DNA from: Paramoeba atlantica
Lineage: Eukaryota > Protista > Discosea
Assembly (NCBI GenBank): GCA_977017575.1
Contig: CDRNVI010000219.1
Coordinates: 1-20,020, forward strand
Length of the DNA stretch: 20,020 bases
Direction: 5' to 3'
Below, piece after piece: positions 9,379 to 19,384 of this stretch. The notes under the pieces are model-generated. The model worked only from the letters and a program-made list of their open reading frames with translations, was not told where the DNA came from and made no database searches. The stretch's first letter is position 1; the number at the start of each line of letters is the position of its first letter. A program made the translations under genes and the position numbers.

Positions 9379-10655
9379 GGAAACACAGGTGGTGCATTGA
9401 ATCCTCAGAAATGCTATGTTCATTCATCATTGAGTGAGGATTGGAAGGGAGAAAGGATAAGTGTTCAACAGGAATTACTATTGCATAGTTCCTCTGGGTA
9501 TGCTACATTTACTCATCATTGAGAGAGGAAGGTGTTGAAGATGTTGAAAAGAAGAATTTTTCAAAGAAAAGCAAAACAAGTCATCATAAGATGAACCAGT
9601 GAGATTGAGAGTAGAAAATCAAAATGTTTTCAACAAAAACAAAGAAATCAAAAGTTCAGCAGAAATTATCAAGGTGTTACAAGCTTCAGAAATGATTGGA
9701 AATGGGCAAGAAAGACATTGGACAGAGAGCAACAGGAATGAAGCACAACAACAACAAAAAAGACAAAAAAGATCATTCAGAATAGTGTTGAAAACATGGT
9801 TCAGAGGCAAAGCATTTCAGGTACACATTTTCAAAATTTAGGGAATGAATTTTCAAAGATAAATCACACATCATATATGTAAAAACAAATATATTGTTAC
9901 ACAAAAGATAAATGTTGATCAAACCAACAAATGTTACAATTGCATTGAGATTTGAGAAGAGAGGTGAGAAAAACACAAGCTGAAAGAAGAACATCAAAGA
10001 AAAAATGTTATGAGGCCAGTGAAAATCCATTGCAAAGGTGAGAAAAACAAAGACTCAGAGAGTTAGAGAAAATAAAACTCAGAACTCCCTTGAAAGAACA
10101 AAAATGAGGCAATGGAGTTACAAAAGAACAAAAAGGGGACATGAGAACTCCCTTCAAAGGTAACAGGTGTCTCAAAAGCAAAGTAATGTTGGAGGGCATT
10201 GTTTAAGGGATTGCAAAGACAAAAGCAATTATTAAATTGCAGGCAAAACAGAAAGAAATGAGATAACAATCTTTAAAAATGATGATAACATTGAAACAGA
10301 GGAAGAAGAAACAATATTCACAATCAACCATAAAACAAGAGAGAATTGAAAAGTGAAAACCAGATCAAAAGATTAAATTGCACAACAATAATTTGATAAG
10401 AATAAACTATGGGGAATAACAAAGGAAATCAAATAATACCAAAATATTTTAGGTGAAGCCAAGAAATTAGTTACAAGTCACACAAACACTCCCTTTCAAT
10501 TTGATATTTTGATTTCATCACAATAAAGGCATTTCAAAACAAGAGAAAGTATTAACCATCAAATCACAAAACTGAATCAATAGAGGAAATCCAAAATCAA
10601 CTTATCAAAAACCAAGAAAAAACTTAATTCCAATAAATCAACCAATAATTAGAAT

Positions 10656-11291
10656 AGGATGTAAATGGTACAAGATGCTCAATAGAACTTGCTGAAAATA
10701 AAGCCATTACAAATTAAATTCAAGAATCAGCATCATTACCAAAGAATAAACAAAAACATGAGACTATGATAGAAGGAAAAGCAAATTGAGGTTTTTCAAA
10801 AAAAAAAGAAATTTAGAATAAAGAGTATTGAGGACAAAAAAGAAGCATCAGCAATTGAATCAACTTCAAAACAAACAAATCAAATTAGAAAGGTTATAAC
10901 TTGAGGGAAAGTGCAGTAACCAAAATCAAAACAGCTTTGGGGGTGGTACATCTGAAATGACACAAACACAATTTTTTAATGAAATATCCTTTTAACACCA
11001 AAATGGATTTCAAAATTCAAGTAGGAATATCTGAGAGAGGAATCCAAGTGAAAATAAAGTCTAGAATCAAAATCACAAAAGGTAAAAGGAAGGTATAAAT
11101 TCAACAATTTCAAAGCAAAAAAGGAAATTAGAAGAATTTCCATTATCAACCAAAAACAAAAGAATAAGAAGAATCATCCTGAGGCATCAATCCAAGAATG
11201 ATAAATTCAAAATAATATTGTTACAAGAAAAACAAGAAGATGGAATCAATTATTTCTTCAATAAAATCAACACAGGGATGAATTCAATTAG
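10656..11291 (+). repeat. Dispersed repeat (module L), inverted copy at 19385-20020
   Basis: atgtaaatggtacaagatgctcaat through caacacagggatgaattcaattag aligns colinearly over about 635 bp with the reverse complement of 19385-20020. Confidence 0.93.
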
Positions 11292-11876
11292 AAATAAGAG
11301 TTCAAATTCACAGGTAGGGAATTTGAGATAACAAGATGAAAAATCCAAAGAGATTAATAATAAAGTACATTCAGATTCAAAAAGTACAAATTCAATCTAG
11401 AATTACTTTGAAAATATCAGGAATTTTTAAGAATATCATCAAGACAGAGGGAAAAATTCAATCAAGCTTTGAGGAAACAAAACAAAATGAGAAATTGTCA
11501 AACATAAGAATAAATCCAGTCAAGCAAATCCACAATCACAAATTCACAATCAGAAATGGCAGTTGAAGAACAAAAATCTGAAAATACAAATCCATGAATC
11601 CAAAATGAGATAGAAATGAGTATTAAAACTACACAACCATCATTCAATCAATACAAATGATCACAAATATTCATTGAATCAAGAGAAAAAGTTTGATTAG
11701 GGCTCAACTCAAAATCAACAATAAAATAATCATCAAAATGCAATTTGTAAGCATGAGGCAAACATCAACAAAGACCAATTGAAATAACAGAAGGAATTAC
11801 AAAAATTTTCAAATAGAACCAACAATCACAATATCCAACACAAAGAAGAGATTGAGGAACATGAAGAAGCTTTGAG
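11286..11876 (+). repeat. Dispersed repeat (module R), direct copy at 1769-2361
   Basis: Colinear alignment with 1769-2361. Confidence 0.93.
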
Positions 11877-12552
11877 AAATGTTGACAAACAAAACTCAAG
11901 TCAAGATTATACAAGGAAACAGTGTTGTGTAAGCTGAAGTTGTTCAGAATGTTAATTCCAAACAATATGTTGTTCTAAAAGCATAACCAAAGACAAATAA
12001 CCAAAACAAACAATGAGCAAGAGGACTGAATTGATTCACCAATAAAAATGAAACATGGAAATCAACAAGAAATCATCTTAAGCAAATCAAAGGCAGAGAA
12101 AATCTATAAAACAGAAATAAAATCAAAAGAACAGTTGGGCAAAACAAAGAACAAAGTTAAAACAGAGTGTCATAACAGGCAAAAAAAAACATTGACAAAT
12201 ACAAAAATAATCTCCAAGAAACAAGAAAAATAACATGAATCTTCTATAACATAAGGAGAAAAACAAAAATAGATGTGATCAGAACTGTGTTTATTGAAAA
12301 ACCATGTGCTAAGTCAAAAATGGCTGCCAGAAATATAATTCAAAATAGTGCACACCAGTATAAAATTGTAAGCTGAAAAAACAAGAAAAATAATCAATAA
12401 AGATAGGGAAAAAGTGAGGCAAAGTAAAAAGAAATTGAAAGGCAACACAAACAAAATATTGGAAGTTAAAAAATCAAACACAATTTTCAAAACCATTCTT
12501 GCAAAGAAGGAAAAAAGTAATAAAGTGAGAAATTCTAGAGGTGTCCTTTCCC

Positions 12553-12875
12553 AATTGTAGCATAATAGCTTAGTTGGTAAAATAACTATTGCTTCAATTC
12601 AAGGTTGTAGATTCAAATCCCAAAAAGGAAAATATTAAAACATTATTTTCTCTTCCTACTCACTTGAATGTGAATTACAGAATAGATTATTCTTTGTTCT
12701 GTCTGCTAAAAAGCAGAGAATAAATTCCTTAAGAAGGAGTTTGAGTGAATTAAAGGTCTTTAAACCATTTGAACTTAAAGAAGTGAAATTCTATCCTTGT
12801 TATTTTTAACCTTAAAAAATTAGTGGCTTTGGGTTAGACCATCATCTAATAAAGTCCAATATTAAAAAAAAAAAA
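12553..12875 (+). mobile_element. tRNA-derived SINE-like element, family 1, copy a (about 320 bp)
   Basis: A-box tagcttagttgg 12566-12577; B-box gattcaaatcc 12610-12620; AATAAA 12848-12853; poly-A 12864-12875; 16-bp TSD agaggtgtcctttccc (12537-12552) / agaaatgtcccttccc (12875-12890); homologous copy at 16994. Confidence 0.85.
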
Positions 12876-13307
12876 GAAATGTCCCTTCCCCTTCTTCCTC
12901 CACTAATGTTTCTTTCCCTCTTTCCTCCACTGGTGTCCAAAGTGTTCCTCTCCTCTGAAGGTGTTTCCTATAGAGTCCCTAGATCACAAGCCAAAAAAGT
13001 AATCAAGAAAAAGAACATCACCATTAGTTTGTAAAACCAGAAAAACACTATCTCTTTTAGTAATTCAAATAAACATGAATTTTCATCTTTTTCATTTGAT
13101 TTTCATTCTAACAATAGTTAAAAAATTGTTAATTCCCTCTTTCCCTCTTATCTTTAAAATACTAATCTTGATGGAAATTCAAAATTATCTTCAAATGACC
13201 TTCAAGGAAGCTTTTCTATTGTTTAAAAGAAAAAGAGGAAAAGTTTAAAGAAAAAAAAAAAATTAGAAAAAAAGAAAAAAAATTAAAAGAAAGTTCTAAA
13301 TTAAAAG

Positions 13308-13732
13308 TTTTTTTTTTTTCTTTTTAAGGCAAACTTTATTCAATTAATAGTTCTTAATCTAAACCATTTGAATTACATTAAATTATATTTGTTTTTAACT
13401 TTTAACAAGAGATGAAGTTTTAAACTTTAGCTTAGTTCAGTTGGTTTTTATGTTGAACTTTAGAACTTCTGTAAATTCAAGCTAGAGAATGCACATCAGA
13501 AGAAAGAATAATCCAAAACTCCTTTCAAGGGAATTTATCCTTAACTTTTTAGCAAACAGGGCTGAGATGTAATCTGTTCCAATTTTCATACTTCTTCAAA
13601 AACTTCTCACTCCAATCAAATCACTTTATAGCACCAGAAAAATTTTCTTTTATATCAAAAAACTGGGATTTGAACTCACCCCCCTAGGGTGGAACATAGT
13701 CAAATTTATAACTAAACTACAGGTGCCAACCC
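13308..13732 (-). mobile_element. tRNA-derived SINE-like element, family 2, copy a (about 425 bp)
   Basis: Reverse complement begins gggttggcacctgtagtttagtt. B-box at 13666-13676, AATAAA at 13335-13340, A-tail 13308-13325. 14-bp TSD ttctaaattaaaag (13294-13307) / ttctaagttggaag (13733-13746). Full-length alignment to 15011-15452. Confidence 0.85.
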
Positions 13733-14012
13733 TTCTAAGTTGGAAGTTAATTAAAAAAAAGGAAAGAAATACTAAAAAATAGAACAGAAGATGGTAAACA
13801 AAAGGAAAAAAAAAGGAAAAAAAAATAATCAAAATAATATTAGAAAATATGAGCTCTTTCAATTCTCCTCCCTGAGATTTGATGCTCAACTTCAACCCCT
13901 TTCTTCAACAGTTATCAACAAGTTCCAACTAATTTCTCAACTTCCCACTCCTCCCACCCCCCTCAACTCTCTTTTCCCCCAAGAGAGACTTTGTGATTTC
14001 CAAATCTCCTCT

Positions 14013-14869
14013 CACATAGGGGTGAGCTCAAGCTGCACTTACAATCATGATATTTTTTAGGGTTAAAGTAACTTCAGATATTTCTTTTGAGCCTTCAAAA
14101 AAAAAATCTGATATTATATCCATATGTTCACTTTTATGGTCTCTCTTTTGATTTGTTTGTTTTTTGGTTGAATAAGAATGGTGAAAGTTGAAAAAATAAA
14201 ATAAAAAAGAAAAAGAAAAAAGAAAAAAAGTGTGTATTTGTTATTCTTTTGATGATTGAATTGTTTGATTTGAAAGAAAAGGTTGTATATTGAAGTTGAA
14301 GATGATGATATTGTGGAAGGAAAAAAAAGAACTTGTTTTGTTGATTAATTCAAACAAAAAGAAATTTCTTATTGTAAATTCATTTGATGATAAAAAAGTG
14401 AAAAGAGAAACAAATTTTTTTTTTTCTTCAAAAAACACCTCAAAACTCACTCTCAAACACTCTTTTCAACCTTTCTTTCAGTTTTGAAGAGAAAAAACAA
14501 AACAAAAAACTGGTGATAGCTTTGTTTTTTGGTAGTTGAAAAAAAAATGCAAAAAAAAGCACTTTTTTTTCAACAATCAATTTTTTTTTTGTTTTTTTTT
14601 GACTGTTGAAATTATTTTTTCAATGGTTAAAATTTTTGTTATTTTTTTTCAACCATCAAAGTTATTTTTTCAACAATTAATGTTTTTTTTGGTTTTTTTT
14701 CAATGGTCAAAAGTTTGAACAATGAAAGAAAGTCAAGTTGAGGCTGTTTGTGAGCTGAGGTGAGCAATAACATTAGCTAACTTTCAGGGTATTGAAACCT
14801 CTCCAACAGTCCAATTCAAATCCACAAATTGCCTTGACTGTAAGTGCAGCTTGAGCCCACCCTCATGTG
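14013..14869. mobile_element. Non-autonomous DNA transposon (MITE-like, 857 bp) with 34-bp terminal inverted repeats starting CAC and an apparent 2-bp CT TSD
   Basis: cacataggggtgagctcaagctgcacttacaatc (14013-14046) matches the reverse complement of 14836-14869 at 30/34, all transitions. CT flanks both ends (14011-14012, 14870-14871). AT-rich non-coding interior with a repeated 10-mer. Confidence 0.7.
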
Positions 14870-15010
14870 CTGGAATTCAATCCTTCCAATTTATCCTAAA
14901 TTCAATATTTTTTTTATTTTCTTAACTTGAAAGTCCTCTCCTGGAACATAAATAAGCTTTAAAATGAAAAAAAACTTAAGATCTGTAAGAAAATAATAGC
15001 TAGCTCTTGA

Positions 15011-15452
15011 GGGTTAGTGCCTGTAGTTTAGTTATAAATTCAACTATATTCAACCTTGGGGGGGCAAGTTCAAATCCCAGTTTTTTAATATTTTAGAAAA
15101 TTTTTTTGGTGCTGTAAAATGATTTGATTGAAGTGAAAAGCTTTTGAAAAAGTGTGAAAATCAAAACAGATTACATTTCAGCCTTATTTGCTAAAAAGTT
15201 GAAAATAAATTCCTTTGAAAAGAGTTTTGAATTATTCTCTCTTTTGATGTACATTCTCCAGCCTGAACTTGTAGAAGTTCTAAAGTTCAGTATAAAGACT
15301 AACTAAACTAAGTTAAAGTTTAAAAACTTTACTTCTCATTAAAGATTAAAAACAAATATAATTTAATGTAATTTAAATGGTTTAAATTAAAAACTACTAA
15401 TTGAATAAAGTTTGCTTCAAAAAGAAAAAAAAAAAAAAAAAAAAAAAAAAAA
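15011..15452 (+). mobile_element. tRNA-derived SINE-like element, family 2, copy b, inserted in the old LINE endonuclease
   Basis: Starts gggttagtgcctgtagtttagtt; B-box agttcaaatcc 15067-15077; AATAAA 15404-15409; long poly-A 15419-15452; 16-bp TSD aatagctagctcttga (14995-15010) / aacagttaactcttgg (16361-16376, displaced by the later LINE insertion). Confidence 0.85.
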
Positions 15453-15462
15453 CAGTTAACTC

Positions 15463-16356
15463 TTTTTTTTTTTTTTTTAAGGTTCAGACACTAGGTGCCA
15501 TTTATTAGAGTTAAAAAACCATCTCTAGGATGGAAAAGAGGGGGGAAGAAAGGGGGGGGGGAGGGAAGATAAATTAAGAGTTAGATCCAAAGATCTCTTC
15601 AGCATGGGATGCATTGGAGTTTCTTTACCAACTTTAGTTCTCACTAAGGGGTCTGCGTTTGATTGTTCGCCTTCTAAAACCAGGGAGTGAATTCGGTTTG
15701 GAGGTTTCTATGAAGTTAATTACATTCCTTCGAAAATCTTCCTCAATAAAGCTCCTCACCAGATTGCTCTCTTGGGACTGATGGAACCATCCTTGGATAT
15801 CTTTAGTAATTATTACAGGGAGAATTAGAGCATTCTCAAGAGCAGTTTGGGCCAGAAACAAAACATGGAGGGTTGTCACCGTGTTTTCTTGGAATTTCCT
15901 TATAAAATTCCCTGGGGGGATGGGGAAGGTCCAGTCATGGGTGAGGGGGGAATTGATCCAGTTCCACAGGGTTGAATTCAAAATAATCCACTCTTCACTG
16001 GTTTCTGCAATATGTTGTGATCTTGGATCCCAATGATGGTCATTCACAGCACATGTTCCATCCTCTTTAGACCAACTTGCAGCAGTTGCAATTGCATCAG
16101 CTCGCTTGTTAAGCTCTTGGGGTACATGGGTGAATTCTATCTCATCAAAGCACATTGCTAACTTACGGATTTCACAAAGTAGTTCATTCAAGGCATAGTT
16201 TTTGATGGCATGGGTTTTGGGTGCAGCCTTGGTGAGAATCATACAATCCCCGACAACTTCAATCTCATTCGTCATTGATCTGGCACATTGCATTCCTTTC
16301 AAACAGCCTGTAAATTCACCAATATTGTTGGACCCAAGAGGGATGGTTTCAAAACC
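15463..16356 (-). mobile_element. Young 5'-truncated LINE insertion (about 0.9 kb)
   Basis: Poly-A tail (T16 at 15463-15478), AATAAA on the minus strand at 15501-15506, identical 16-18-bp TSD aaaaaacagttaactc(tt) at 15447-15462 and 16357-16372, open frame running up to the truncation point. Confidence 0.92.
15634..16356 (-). CDS. C-terminal fragment of LINE ORF2: RNase H (RVT_3 / archaeal-plant-like type) plus about 120-aa extension; 5'-partial
   Basis: GFETIPLGSNNIGEF...IEVVGDC...FTHVPQELNKRADAIA matches the TNNxAE / GDS / HVPRxxNxxADxLA pattern. The first catalytic Asp is lost to truncation. Open for 241 codons including the stop. Confidence 0.85.
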   Translation of the reverse strand, partial: GFETIPLGSNNIGEFTGCLKGMQCARSMTNEIEVVGDCMILTKAAPKTHAIKNYALNELLCEIRKLAMCFDEIEFTHVPQELNKRADAIATAASWSKEDGTCAVNDHHWDPRSQHIAETSEEWIILNSTLWNWINSPLTHDWTFPIPPGNFIRKFQENTVTTLHVLFLAQTALENALILPVIITKDIQGWFHQSQESNLVRSFIEEDFRRNVINFIETSKPNSLPGFRRRTIKRRPLSEN

Positions 16357-16993
16357 AAAAAACAGTTAACTCTTGGCCTCAATACATCTTCCTCCAGGAA
16401 ACCTATGCAACATCTGAAAATGATTTTAATCATCTTAAGAACTACTTGAGGAAGTACATTTGGTTTTGTGATTCCTTCTCAGAGAGGAAATGTAGTCTTA
16501 TGATTGGAATTAGACATGTGAAAGGATTGAAAGATCTCATTCTCTTCTTTTTTGAGAAAAATGAAGGTAAATCATTTGGATTAAAAGTTTTCATCCAAAA
16601 TCAAAAATTCTTAATCTTCAATGTTTATCACCACCCTGGTTTGAAACTGGAACACCTAATGGAAGAATCTTCCTGATTTTTCTCCTAAAGCAAAAATATT
16701 TTGGTTAGGAATCTCAATTGAGATTTAAACAAAACCAATTGCTAGAAATTAATTGAACACCTTTCTGATATGAATTTGTCTTGCCTCAACTAGTCAAAAC
16801 CCATCCATTTTCAGGGGCAGTGTATTGATTATATTTTCCTTTTCTTGAAGGCTCCTGAAGATCATTTGTTTATAAATGGAATCTTATTTGGTTTTAAAGA
16901 TCATATTGTAATGATTGAAGGGACCAGTGTAAAAGAGTGGAAGATCAACTCTTGGAAGAAAAGAATTCCTGAATACCTAATTAATAACCCTAC

Positions 16994-17190
16994 AATTGTA
17001 GTATGATGGCTTAATTGGTAAAACAGCTATTGCTTCAATTTAAGGTTGCAGGTTCAAATCTCAAAGAGGAAAATATTAAAAATATTATTTTTTCTTCCTA
17101 TTCATTTGAATATGAAAAACAGAACAGGTTATTTTTTGCCCTGTTTACTAAAAAACAAAGAATATTAATATTAATATTAATATTATTATC
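16994..17190 (+). mobile_element. tRNA-derived SINE-like element, family 1, copy b, 3'-truncated
   Basis: Aligns with 12553-12722. A-box tggcttaattgg 17007-17018, B-box ggttcaaatc 17051-17060. Ends in (aatatt)n repeats with no matching TSD. Confidence 0.82.
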
Positions 17191-19336
17191 CTTTTTGATG
17201 TTTTGTTGGTTAGTTTGAACAATGGAGATGATTTTAAGAAGCTTATTGGGTTTATGGATGACTTAATCCTTTTCCTCCATAGGGTCCAATCCATAAATTC
17301 TTTAACCTTAATTTTCCAAGAATATGAACAAAGAACTGAAGCTAAACTCAATTATAATAAATGTTTTGTATTATTAACTGAAAAAAACCCTTGGATTGAA
17401 ATGCCTTTGGCTAATTATTTGAAAGAGGAGATTGTATACTTGGAAATTATAATTTCTTGAAGAATGAACCCAACTAAGGATTGAGAAGGGATGATCAAGA
17501 AAATACAAAAGGTTGGAACAGCAATTAAGCAAAAGAAAGGCAGCTTCAATGAAAGAGTTTAGATGATTAATACTTACTTTATTCCTTGTATAGATTATTT
17601 AACAAGATTTAAGCTTATTTCAAAAGCTATCTCCTCAAAGATGTGGAAAGCTATTCATTCAACCTTAGGTGCATATGTAAATCTAAAGTCCTATGTAATG
17701 ACTTCTCTTTGTCTCTTGTTTTTTGAAAAACCCCAAGTTAAACATCCTATTTTGTTTAACTGGGCTCTACTAGTATCAAGAAAGCCTCTCCAAGATTATT
17801 ATAAGAATCCATTGTTCATTGAAGCTATAAAGATTGATGCTTTAGAAGCTAATAGGGTTATCTTAGAACAAGTAAAGATGAGCTCCAAAATCAAGAAATC
17901 TTTCTTTTTTCTATTTTGAAACATTTTTGTAAGAGTAAAGAATTTCTATGTGAAGGATGGGTGCTTGAAATGTATGATCTATAATTTATCTCTTCCACAA
18001 AGACTCCAGATTAAGCAAAATCTTCTGAAGTTCTTCTTGAGGGGCCTTCTAACTGTGGATAAGATTGTCCATTTCACATTTGTGAGTTTACTTTGTCAAC
18101 TGTGTAGAAAAGCCAAAAAGTCAAAGATGCACCTTCTCAAAGAATGTTTGAAAGCTAAGATGATTTTGAAAACTATTAAAAAGAAATGCTTTGTTTTAAA
18201 GATTCCTAGGTGGAAAAGTGCTAACTTTGTGTGTGAATTCACAAACTAATATTTAAAAAAGGCTAAAGCATCTGCAGTGAGTATAACTCTATTGAGCTTA
18301 TGGATTATTGTATGTGCAGAAGAATCTAAGTTCTCAAGCTTTATTATTAAAATTTTTGATGAAATTGCTAAGACAAACAAAATGATCCTCAAACTTTAGA
18401 CTATAAAGAAGGCTTCCTCCAAAGGTAAAAGAGAAGTGAAACAACTAAAGTTCAAATACTCTACCTTACAAGTGTTTTATGATAGCTTTAAGTATGTAAA
18501 TTTCTGCATTGGAGAATTTGAATGTGTGATTATTAAGGAAGGTTTGAAAGTTGGAGGTAGATTTAAAACAATTCCATTAAGCTCAAATAACTTGAATGAG
18601 TTTTCAAGATACTTAACTGGTTTACAATAAGTTATTGGTTTTGGATAACATGTAAAAATAGTGGGAAATTGTAAAATTTTAATTGAGGCAGCATCTAAAA
18701 TGAATTGATAATTTTGAGTTCAATGAGATCTTATCTAAGATTAGAAATATTATTAAAAGTAAATTTGCCAAAATAAAGTATATTCATGTGTATTACAAAT
18801 TTAACAAAAGATCAGATGTGATTATAACAGCAACAAGTCACTTTGAAGAGGATGAAATGGAAACTATATTTGATAAAAACTAAGATCCAAGATTGAAGCA
18901 ACTAACAACAACCAATGAGGAATGGATTATTAAGAATTCTAAATTATGAAAATGGGTGATGAAACCATTGGATTTAAATTGAAGCTTTTTTGTGAAGAAA
19001 GTTAAATAATATTATTAAGTGGTTTCCTAAAAGAGTTGCATTTGATGAAATGTTAAAAAGTTTTGTTGAGAAAGAAAACCAAAAGTGGAGAAAAGAGTAT
19101 GAACAAGCAAGGAACTACTAGTTGAAAAGTGTAATAAGACTTTCTATAAAAAGGAAGATTATTAAATTTATTAAAGTTGATGAAAAGAAAAGAATTTTAA
19201 AAGAGATTTGAATGAGAAATAGAAAGAAACATTAGAACTTTTGGCTACTAAGTTAGTATTAAAGTGAATTAATCTTACTTGACTATAATAATTTAATTTA
19301 AGTATATTCTTAAATATCTAGATTACACTTCATTTC

Positions 19337-19373
19337 AATAAATGATATTTTTGATATTTAAATTAAAAAAAAA
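19337..19373 (+). terminator. Probable 3' end of the old LINE: AATAAA and short poly-A
   Basis: AATAAA 19337-19342 followed 22 nt later by A9 at 19365-19373, the same layout as the young LINE end. Confidence 0.55.
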
Positions 19374-19384
19374 TTTTTTTTTAA

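Larger units (their letters stand above)
9384..12536 (+). pseudogene. Decayed A-rich coding-like TE sequence, probably ORF1/5' region of the old LINE; contains modules L and R
   Basis: Purine-skewed stop-riddled frames, no CpG seen, broken zinc-knuckle-like words (CYNC near 9932; CLK...GHCLRDC 10168-10214). Multicopy within the window and upstream of the reconstructed ORF2 on the same strand. Confidence 0.45.
14927..19121 (+). pseudogene. Decayed LINE (L1/Tx1-like) ORF2: APE endonuclease - RT - CCHC zinc finger - RNase H, split by insertions and an internal deletion
   Basis: Removing 15011-16376-type insertions joins LKVLSWNINKL (14927) to WPQYIFLQET (16374-16403). Further motifs: NVY 16620, ILVRNLN (decayed GD-x-N), CIDYIF 16821, KDH 16896, WKIN; RT ILFDVL, FMDDL 17251, AKLNYNKC, YLEIII; C-x2-C-x8-H-x4-C 18094-18147; RNase H VFYDS 18472-18486, SNNLNE, HV...NKRSD. 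Many stops and frameshifts. Confidence 0.88.

Noticed and set aside
9408-9535. About 30-bp near-duplication (atgcta...catcattgag.gagga)
   Set aside because: Short, inside decayed sequence, and I could not tie it to a consistent repeated domain.
12553-12625. Functional tRNA genes at 12553, 13660-13732, 15011 and 16994
   Set aside because: No convincing acceptor stem or 7-nt anticodon loop, and each continues into a shared body with poly-A; treated as SINE heads.
12790-12875. SINE tail homologous to the young LINE 3' UTR
   Set aside because: Only patchy similarity in AT-rich sequence; it cannot be supported without consensus alignments.
13140-13180. Possible second endonuclease start (LLSL-N-TN)
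   Set aside because: Needs a frameshift, and a far better N-terminus (LKVLSWNIN) at 14927 joins in frame to LQET.
13308-15452. About 430-bp inverted repeat pair suggesting a foldback element with long TIRs
   Set aside because: Each arm has its own tRNA-like head, poly-A tail and separate TSD, so they are two independent SINE insertions in opposite orientation.
16357-16440. Continuation of the minus-strand RNase H ORF or TAA-to-Gln recoding
   Set aside because: The in-frame TAA lies in the TSD outside the insertion, and the sequence beyond encodes the plus-strand endonuclease. The 1679-aa ORF reads cleanly in the standard code.
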